NCBI GenBank assembly: GCA_963693365.1
Contig: CAVNZM010000002.1
Span: 8,157,059 to 8,221,058 of the forward strand
Origin: Amoebidium appalachense
Lineage: Eukaryota; Protista; Ichthyosporea
Direction of reading: 5' to 3'
Length of the DNA stretch: 64,000 bases
A program made the position numbers and the translations under genes. A model generated the notes under the pieces. The model did no database searches, was not told the DNA's origin, and saw nothing but the letters and a program-made list of their open reading frames with translations. Positions 54,292 to 64,000 of this stretch are shown piece by piece; positions within the stretch are counted from its first letter, which is position 1, and each line of letters starts with the position of its first letter.

Positions 54292-55133
54292 ATACGTGTG
54301 TAGTGAGTCTCTGTGTAGAGGTGGCACTGCTTCAATGCTGCAAAATCTGGGAATTTGTGCCAGTGTATGACTACTACTTTCGGCACTACCTGCATGCAGG
54401 CACATTCTCATTCCATTGTTGGTTGCGTGAGCGGAAGAGGTTATCCGTGGGGTTGCTCCTGCGCATATGTGCACATGTGTAGGTGCCCTGCAAAATCAAT
54501 CTGGACAGCTTTCCATAACCTGTAGGCTTCCGTGTGATTTGAGATACAGCAAGCTTTACAGTCTGCAACACTATGGGTGGTTTGTGTTAAACAAAAAGGG
54601 AACAAAACACGATTGAGTCCAGAGAGGTGGGAGGGAGCGGTGGGAGGGGGAGAAGCTAGGGGAGGGTAGGGGGAGGGGGGCCCAAGGTGGGAGGGGGGGA
54701 AGGGGGGAGGTAGGGGGGGGTTGGACAGGAGGCCGGGGAGGGAGGGAGGGCGGGGGGCGGGGGGCGGTTGGCAATCGGAATTGGAATAAGGGTTTCTGGC
54801 AACAGAAATGAATTCGGAGGGGAGTTGAGAAGGTGTGTGCTTGTGTGTGGAAGCGGGTATGAGAAATGAACATACGACTGTCTAACTGATGTTGAGTTCC
54901 CGCATCCAGCTGACAGTGTATTCCAACCCACACTTTGCAGTGCCTTCTTCCTCGTCCCTTGAAGCTCTTATACGTATCTATGTATCTCTCTAAATGCCGG
55001 TGGTAGCATCCACTTCGTTTTGTTTTTTTTTGTTTTTTTTTTTTTTTTTTTTTTTTTTTTGTGTGGGGGGGGGGGGGGGGGGGGTGGGATGGGGGGGGGG
55101 GCCGGGGGGGTGGTGGGGGGAGGGGGGGGGGGG

Positions 55134-55167
<34 letters not shown>

Positions 55168-55299
55168 TTGTTAAAGAAAGACGAGCCTCAAGAGAGACAC
55201 AGTGGGCGTGACACGTACGTGGGCCCAGGCGTAGCGGTGGGGGGTAGGGATGGGCGTGGTGGTTGGGGGAGAAGGGCGGGGGGCGCGCAAGGGGGGGGA

Positions 55300-55337
<38 letters not shown>

Positions 55338-56015
55338 GGGGGAGAAGGAGGAGGAAGGGGGGAGGGGGGGAGAGGAAGAGGGGGGGGGGGGGGGGGGAAG
55401 GGGGGAAGGGGGAGGGGGGAGGGGAGAAGAAAAAGTGAGGGAGAGAAAAGAGATACAAAACGTGACGTGAAAACTTTGAACTTGCATATACTATCATCTG
55501 TGGCTGAGGTACAAATTGAAAAGGGAAAGTAAAAGGGAATCCAAATTACATGGGCACGTGTTTTACGTGTAGTATCGGCACCCATGGTCACGGGTTTGTT
55601 TTGGGTAGCCTCAAAGTTCTTTAGAAAAATTTTCAAGTTTCATGTAAGATCCAGATTTGCAGAGCCTCGCGACTTAGTGACCCTCTGTATTGATGGGTTC
55701 CACGCTTAGCATTCCAAAGAGCAAAAGCTTTAAAACATAATACTAATCAAACCCTCATCCAGTAAGGGATTCAAATTCTAGCTTCAAGGCATTGCTATAT
55801 CATATCAATATTCTAAAATAGCTACAGGCGTATGCTCATCGTGATGCCCAGATAGTTACATATCACGCACTGAGTCCCGAGATACTCACAAAATGGATTT
55901 AGACACGAGTTGGTTATACCAAAATACCATCATATAGCTAAGTTAGCACTGGCCTCCAGACCGTTGAAAGAGTTTCTATAACATGTAACCTGGCAGTGCC
56001 GTGTGAGTGCACGTT

Positions 56016-56092
<77 letters not shown>

Positions 56093-56391
56093 ACGCGAGC
56101 GTGTTTTTCTCCGTGTGCGGGGGTGCGCGCTGGGTCACATGATGGGTCCTAATGTGTGTGTGTGTTGCATGTGTTTGTGTGCGTGTGTGCATATGTGCAT
56201 GCCCGTGAGTCTTGTATGGTGGTAGTTGGGGATGTTTGGGCCGGGGAGGGGAGGGGAGAGGGGGGGGGGGGGGGGGGGGGGGGGGGAGGGGGAAGAGACG
56301 AACGGGAAAACCGGTAATCTAAGAGCGGGCGGCCAATGGCATCAACAAGGAAAGAACATGCCATGATGTAACAAAAGAATGCACATTGCAC

Positions 56392-58982
56392 TTAGATTGA
56401 AGATCTATTGAACAGCGGGTTCTCCCCCTCAATGATCGGGTTCTGATAGATCGCGTTGTTCGTTATGTTTGCATTCTGCCACACGTTCTCTGTTAGTGCC
56501 TCGTTCTCCAACACACGCCCATTGTTTGATCGCACGTATCGTGCAAGAAGTACCACTCCTGCAGCAGCACCCACCACCCCTGCCGCTGCACCGGCGATTA
56601 TCCCCACTATTGTTCCGCTACTGGAATCATTCTTCTGAGCCTCTGCATCGCCCCCTGCCATACCTGCAGGCTCGCCCGGGTTATCCACAGGAATATTGGG
56701 CTCTTTAGGCTCTTCGATATCTGTAGTTTGACTATCTCCCGGTGTGGTTTCTTCGGTAGATGCGCTGGTTTCAACGGGCGGGGGAAGGGGTTTCCATGTG
56801 GTGGTCGTGGCCGTTTCGGCCGGCTTGGTTGCGGTTGCGTCTGTTGTAGTGGCAGCAGACGCAGGCTGGGAATGGGTGGTTTGGACGGAAGGGGTAGGAG
56901 AGGTCGGAAGGGTAGTGGGAACCTCTGCAGAGGTGGGTGATGTGTTTGGAACAACATCTGGGACCCCGCACTCACAAAGTGTGCACGGGCAGTCAGGGGG
57001 GTCATGGGTACACGTGGCATTGCACCACTTGTCGGTAGCCGTGGTCCCGGGGGTTGCCTTATACAGCCCGTTATTGCACACTCTGTTTTCGGTGCATCTG
57101 CCCCCAATCGCCGCCGCCGGAGTGGTGCATTTGCATAGGGTCGGTGGGCATAGAAATCCACTGGGCTGGTTGCACGTGCGCTGACACCACTCGTCCTTAT
57201 CCGGGGTAATTCCGCTATAGCGGTTGTCTGAGCAGGCAACGTTGTCCCCGCGGGTGTATGGGATCTGGATTGCACCGGTGTCGCATTCACACATGGTGCA
57301 AGGGCAGTTGGCGTCCGGCATCATGCAGTTGCTTTGGCACCACAGGTCGGTGGTGGTCCCGGGAACAGCGCGGTACCTGCGTGCGGGTGAATGATTATCC
57401 ATATGTGGTCATGAATATCGCTTTTATGTTGTGACTTCAAGTACTAAACAGTGACCTAATAAATAAAGGGCGATCTATTACTCCATTTCTAGTAGTTCTG
57501 ACATGCTAAGGAGTGCACTAACAGTTAATTGGCTCCCTCTCCCTCTCCCCCTCTCCCCACCCGCCCCTGCCCCCCCTCTCTCTCTATATGTGTTTGTGTG
57601 TGTGCGCGCGCGGGCACACACACACACGTGCTTCTGTGGTTGTGCATACCGGTTTAGCTGGGGTCACCATGTATGCATGTGTGTACATCATGTGCGCATC
57701 AGCCTGATGTGCTTTTCACGGTGTGCTGGCGCGCACGTGTGTGAGTGTGTCCAACGTATCTTTTTGTGCCGTAGTGTAAAAATTTGGCCTGGGTGTGCTT
57801 GTTTGTGCATCAACCTCATAGCAGGTACTACATGCATGCATGCATGTGTGTGTCTTCATAGCGTGCCATGAGATGTGTGTGTGTATGCGTGGGTGTATGC
57901 TGCATGTGTGCGTGTGTGTGCGAGCGGCACAGTTGTTGTATGTGATTTTGATACTGATTATCGGAAGTCTTTTGTATGTGCGCCTGTTGTGCGTGTGTGT
58001 GCGTGCGGAGCGTATATGTGAATGTGTGTTGTTTGCGTGTACCATTAACACGCCGCGTATGCAAGCACTTGAATGCTTTACTGTGTAAGCATGTTAAAGT
58101 ATCATAATAATGTGTGCTCTCGATTAAAACGCAAGGAATATCTTACAGTCCAGGGCTGCAAGCAAGTGGGCTTTGGCAGCGTTGATCCATTGTTGTTTTC
58201 TGGTCAGCACCGTTTGCACATTGGCAAAAGTCGGTTGGGCAGCGAGGGGAGGGCATATTGCAGTTTGCTTGGCACCACCCATCGTGTTTGGATTCCAGCC
58301 CTTTGTAGCGATTGTCTTTGCACACCAGCACGTCCCCTGCAACACGTGAAAGTTAACACACAATCAGTGTGTGGGGAATGATGTTGTTGTTAGAAAGCAT
58401 AAATGAAACAAGTGTTTTGTGTGCTTCAAGATCCGAAGGGTCTACGTCCCACCAGGATTCATCGTGATCAGCAATTTTGCGGTCTGCAACTGTCGCCGTG
58501 GGCATTGACAATGATGCGCATGGACCTCTAGGACCCATGCTTTAATCTGTTTAAGGCAGAAGACACAGTACAGTATGTGAGTGGTGGCAGAATGGGTTTT
58601 GTCTCTTTGGCCCAACGAATAAAAAAATTGACCCTTTTTTTTTTTTTTTTTTTTTACCGTCGAGTGCGCGGGTACGGTGCCGCTTATCCAGATCTAGATC
58701 TACTTATTCTGCTATAGCGGCACGCGGACCCGTGCACTTCTGCCACGGCGTCGTCCAGTCCTCACTCTGAAATAATGCTCCAACGTAACCATCAACACCA
58801 ACAAAGAAACCCAAGGGAACAGTATCAGCTTCCTCGGGCATATAGCCATAGGTAGTTGGTAGAGGGCTTGTCGGCCAGATCTAAAGAATGGCAAGATCCT
58901 TACCGTTGGTTGTAGCTGCTGCGAGCGCCTTCTCTGTTACGACGACAGACAGCAACCCAGCGGTTGCAAAAAGGAACAGCAT
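56392..58982 (-). CDS. Type I membrane/surface protein: signal peptide, >=4 Cys-rich WC..xC....CP...CxC repeats, Thr/Pro stalk, TM helix, NPxY/NPxF-like tail
   Basis: Exon 58904-58982 encodes MLFLFATAGLLSVVVTEKALAA|gtaag. Exon ~58148-58337 encodes DGWCQANCNMPSPRCPTDFCQC. ORF 56392-57402 has three more repeats, a mucin-like stalk, the TM segment IVGIIAGAAAGVVGAAAGVVLLA and the tail NAIYQNPIIEGENPLF. Confidence 0.75.
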
Positions 58983-60110
58983 TTTTTTTCTTGCAGAGTT
59001 TTCGCTCTGGATATAACTCTAGATTCTAACAGACTAAGGTTTTCTACAACTCACATTGAAGATGTTGAATTCTAACATCAACATGCAGCTCCGGATAGGA
59101 TGATCCTGAGGTCAACGAATCGATGATCAACTTAGCAAGCTACTCCATTCGACTACTTTTTCCTGTTTTAACAAGAATTAAAGAGCGGCTTTTTTATCAT
59201 ACACGTCAAACCGCGCGTTTTTACTACTGCACACCTGTGTATGTACGGTGGACTGTGTGCATATGCGAAGGCTTCCTTGTCTCGTCGCAAAGTCTTCAGG
59301 TACTGTGAGGGTGGGATCAAGCTGGCATGCATGAGGCTGAATCAAATAGTCTGTAGTTCGTCTGCGTCATATGTAACGTATTTACTTGTATTTGCTCTTG
59401 AAATTTACATTTAGAAAACCCAAGAAAGAGGACATAAAAGTAGACTATTGGAACATGGGTCAGGGTGATTCAAAAATTCCTGACGCTCTGACTGTGATTG
59501 GTTGTCTGCGCACCGCAGCTCATCCCCCAAAACTTTGTAGACAGGGGGGTATGATACATGGTCACGGGGAAAACACTCTTTTAAAGCCACTTCAATATGT
59601 AAATTGGTGTAACAGATAAGCTTTTCTGGTGTTTATTTGTTGTCTTATGACGCTTGTAATAAAATAGTGCAGTCTTTGGTGCGAAATAAAAGATATTATT
59701 GTTTGACTAGGACATTTTAGAAAAAAATCCCTGGTGTTGGAAAACACTCATGGCCCCAACATGTAGGTTTTGAACTTCCCCGTGCTTTTTCCTGTGGTTC
59801 CCTGTGGTACTTTATGAGCCAATCAAATATAGCCAATTCGAGCGAAGCAGATTACGATGAAGCCGCAGACTTACAAACTGACTTAGGAGACTCAGGGGAT
59901 GGATTATAGTTAAAAATTGGGGGTGCGCAACGCATCGAGATCGACCAAATTCCATAAATGATCCAGTCGATCAATTGATGCCGAACTGTCCGAAAGTTCA
60001 ATTTGCACAATAAACCCCGCTTAGATTCTGGACGATTGACCGCATAAACGTTGGGAGAAAATGAAAAGGGGTTTACGCTGTTTACTCGAGGCAAAATGAA
60101 AATTCACTTA

Positions 60111-60274
60111 TAAAGTGGGGGATAATTGCCTAATAAACTTTTTGTCCGGGGGAGTGGTAGGCCTCGGTTGAGGTGCCCATCTTTTGCTTAGCATAAGCAA
60201 TTATGGAGAGGGTAGAATAAGACCCTACGAGGGGCTGACAATGAAACTATGTTATGTAATTGCCCCCCACTTTA
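60111..60274. mobile_element. 164-bp MITE candidate with TTA target-site duplication (Tourist/PIF-Harbinger-like)
   Basis: TIRs TAAAGTGGGGGATAATTGC / GTAATTGCCCCCCACTTTA match at 16/19 positions. TTA lies immediately on both sides (60108-60110, 60275-60277). Confidence 0.55.
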
Positions 60275-60543
60275 TTAGTAGGATTTTTTGTATGCGGTCA
60301 TTCTCTCTGGATCTAGCGTCGAAACCAAGACAGCTTGAAATCAAAAGCCCCGAAAGTGACTATTTCATCTGGCTCACAGACTGGAATTTGATCGATTCCG
60401 ATCGATTGGATCCCCCGATCACATTGCCGGCAAACCATCCCCAGAGTCTCAAGCCTGATGAAGTCCTCGTTACTGCACGAAGCTATTGCGAGCTGCTGTG
60501 GCTGTTGAGCATACAGCATACATACAGTCACACACACACACAA

Positions 60544-60597
<54 letters not shown>

Positions 60598-61199
60598 ACA
60601 CACACGCACACGCACACACACACGCACAAACACCTGTACACACACGTGCGCGCGAGCGCGCAACTTGACAGGCACACGTGAACGCAGGCACACCGGTACC
60701 CACCCACCCACCCACACACACACAACACACACACACACAGAGCGTGCACCATCGTCACTTCATATCTAATGCTGCTGTGGTTGCGTGCCCAGGACCGCAT
60801 CAAACCCGGAATGATACATAAGACTTCGGCTGTAATTGATCATGCCAAGGTCATGGAGGTGCACAAGCTCAAAGTTCGCGATCGACACGAATGCATGGTC
60901 GTGGATTGTAAAGAGGCCCTGGCATGAGGAGTTGTAACAAAACCTATACATGCATATTCGTATTCGTATAGAATGAGGAGATAAGGGCCAGGTGCTGTAA
61001 AGCTATGTTGTGGGGGAATCTAAACGTATAGAAGCTAGTTCTTGGGAGAAATCCATGCAGACCTGTGTCTTGAATGACAGTGACTTACAATTCATATCAC
61101 TGTAACTGCAGTGATTACTTTAAAACAGTTAAGGGCGAGAGATGCTGCAGGGAGAGACCTGAAGCTTCAACTACAACGCCTTGCCGAAAATGATATGTA

Positions 61200-61259
<60 letters not shown>

Positions 61260-63061
61260 CGTGTGTGCCCGCACGCATGCACGTGTGTGCGTGTGTTGGT
61301 ACATGTGTGGGGGGGTGTTGGGGGAGGGGGGGGGGGGGGGGAAGATTCAATGGGGCACTTAGAGGGGGCTTGGCACAAAACTTACGAAAACATATAAACT
61401 TTGCTGGTTGGGTCGAGGCCTGTGCTGGATGGGCAGCACGAACAAGCAGGCGTGTTGCAACTCTATATCCATTGGAATATGTGTAACGACTGTGTGAGGG
61501 TGGTGCGAATGATGGTGGCGCTGTCACAGCCTGTGTGCGTGCATGGTCTGCAACACAGATCTGAAGTTTATATGAACAGTCTGGTGTTATGGCGAACAAG
61601 GGCGCTCAGGAAACCAACGAAGGTTGGAGAATGCAGCTTTGGGGCCCGGGGACGGGGTCCCCAGCTCGAGTGAAAAAGCACCAAGCTACTGTACCCACTA
61701 CTAATATCAGCTGCTGAGCTGAGTATGCACGCCGGTGGTGCTGCCCATAATAAAAGTAGGATGTCCGCGGTATATGGGTATGATAGAAAGCCCCCAGTTT
61801 TCTTTTTTCTCTGATAGAATCACCCAAATCCAATGTGCTCGCAGGGCTTGCTCTGAAAGAGTTCTCCAGTTTAAAATTTATTTTCACCGTCGGTAGCAAC
61901 CTTCAAGACGACCACTCCTTTTTTCCCTACCACGATCACAGGTCACGTGTTTGTAACCCTCACGCGCCTGCTATAACAAACTGATGGTATTTCATGTCTG
62001 CTTGCCTATGCCTTTATGGATGAAGACGTACCGTGGCACGGTAGCATCCTCCGTGTGCACGTTTTGCCCAACTGTAAAAATCATGTGCTGATAAAAACTT
62101 TTGACGATGATGACGTATCTCATTCCAACGATCTATTCGAAAAAATGGCAAGCCAAATCAATAAGACGAGCAATGGCCTATCTCTAAGCAAAGCAAGACG
62201 AGGCGTTCCTATTGGGTTCTTAAAAAGAGAGTCCAGCTTTCCGAAGTACAGAATCATGCATATAACATGCCGGTCCTACCAGTTCTCATCACGTGTAGGT
62301 GTTTCATTGGTTGACCCAAAAAGCATTTGTGCCAACCAGAGCGCCGTTTGGTCCGGTTGGCACCAAATGGGTCGGTGCACTGGCATTTCCCTGTGTGTGT
62401 CGTAATCACCCAATTCGCCCTCGTTTCCCTATGCTAAGCAGCTGTACGGTAAAGCTACACTATTTCCGCCCTACCTTCCATGTTTGTGCTAATGAAGATT
62501 GGTGTTATGTTTTAAAGTGTAGGGACGTTATACGTATTCGCAAGTACGGACATAGATGCAGAGTCTAGCTAGTGGATATGCGGTTTGAGGTTCTCGTGTA
62601 GTGCGTAGGGGAGCCTGAAGGGAAGAGACGGGACCTTGTCCGCCATCTGGAAGCTCGACCAAGAACCAGGTAAGAAGTTTCCTTTATACACGCCAATCTC
62701 TGTACAGGGCATGTTGGATGTTAGCTATACGTTTTTTGTCTTTTCGTTTCAAGCGTATTAGGAGTGTCTGGGAAAATGGAGCAGGTTGATGTCCGGACAG
62801 TGCCGTCCTTTAGTTGGCAGCGGAAACCTAGACAGCTAGTTGTGGTGTCACTTGAGCTGCGTTCTAACTTTGCTAACAGGTAGCTACACGTTTTATCCCT
62901 TGACGCAAAAGAATCACGACATCTTTGCCCGTCCTCCCTCTACTTCTCCAGTAGTATGGCTCGGTGAACTCTCATACTTTGTCCTGGCACACATGCACAA
63001 ACATGCTTTCTATCATAAGTAAGACTTGAACCCATACAGGTCACAGGACAGTGGGGCTTTG

Positions 63062-64000
63062 ATGGAGACCCAGAAGGCAGGCAGCCCTTCCGGCTGCTGC
63101 CGCTCAAGCATGGTTCACTTGGAGGCGCTTTCTGGGGGACTGTCTGGTAGTGTTCCAGAGAAGGGAAAGTGTGGTGCAGGTGACGAGGGAGATTGCAAGG
63201 AAACACCAACATCGCTAAGGCGAACACAGAGCGAAAGCCAATGCCACAAACTCACGGGGCATAGACGGACGCTGGAGGCGTGTAGCACAGGTAGGTTGAA
63301 GTGGTTGTTGGCTTTGGTGGGTGGTGCTGGCTGGTATTTGTGGTATTCTGGGGAAGTTTTCTTACGGTTTTCTCAAACAGTGAGTGTGTGCAAACACTTA
63401 ATCGCGTGCTTTGTCTTTGTGCATAATTATTGGACATTTGCACATGATAAAAAATTGATCGTGTGATATACCTGACATTTTCATTCTCTGGAACAGGAAG
63501 CAATCCTCAGCTGTCGACGGAGCTCGTGCAGTCTCGGCCCAGAATTTCCATCACAAATGGCACTATGAAACCCCACACAGAAAGCATGGCGGAGATAAAC
63601 CACAATGTGAGCAAATATGCAGTCGGTTCAAGCCACCTATTAGCTGGGTCGAGAGACTCGCTTAAACAGGCACACACGCCGCCACCTACGTTGCTTCGCA
63701 GAGTGGTGTCAAGCACACACCACAAAGATTCGGATGATGATTGTAGCAGGCATAGCTCGACCGATTCAAACTCATCATGTGGGTCGAACCAAGATTTAGT
63801 CGTATATTCCCCGAAAAAGGGGCTGGTAGGTACCGTTACGGAAGCCGCCCTGGAAACGATTCTTCCTGTGTTTGAAGTTGTAGCTGATGTCGGAAGCTAC
63901 TGGTTAAAGAAAAGTTCACACCTGTTGTTTCCACAATCCATAAAGGCATCGTTTTTGAGGGGGGAGATGAATTCGGCCGTTTCATATGCGGACTGGGTGC
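63062..64000 (+). CDS. 5' part of a probable TGL3/4/SDP1-like patatin triacylglycerol lipase (runs off the window)
   Basis: Exon 63062-63379 (METQKAG...LKWLLALVGGAGWYLWY|gtgagt) is followed by an open frame from ~63500 to the window end, finishing ...FLRGEMNSAVSYADWV. That ending resembles the A.SY.EW start of the DUF3336 region; catalytic motifs are not in the window. Confidence 0.45.

Noticed and set aside
58353-58548. Extra exon of the Cys-rich surface protein
   Set aside because: The nearest acceptor in the required phase gives an immediate TAA, and no convincing donor was found.

Overview
Eukaryotic, intron-rich DNA saturated with poly-G/poly-C tracts and (GT/CA)n microsatellites. Most ORFs in the supplied track are artefacts of these repeats. 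Gene content (syntenin-like PDZ, KCTD-type BTB, Cys-rich surface protein) suggests a unicellular holozoan such as an ichthyosporean; this is inference. Genes reconstructed by eye: a disrupted F-box/LRR gene (-), a multi-exon TTI2-like gene (-, ~6.5-25 kb), a single-exon orphan (-), a disrupted coiled-coil/BTB/WD40 gene (+), a 10-exon alkaline ceramidase (-), a syntenin-like tandem-PDZ gene (+), a signal peptide/Cys-repeat/TM surface protein (-) and the 5' part of a probable TGL/SDP1-like patatin lipase (+). Mobile DNA includes decayed APE-type LINE fragments inside a ~4.9 kb TIR-bounded segment, and a small MITE. The most striking signal is a non-coding ~450-bp element family with 15 or more copies or remnants, including a near-identical 3.45x452-bp head-to-tail array. 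It has one fixed end that always abuts a poly-C/G tract and variable truncation at the other end. It also has a ~160-nt core that folds on the minus strand into a multi-stem, pseudoknotted RNA, supported by compensatory and G-U changes between subfamilies. It is a candidate poly(C/G)-targeting retrozyme/SINE-like element with an unrecognised structured RNA.
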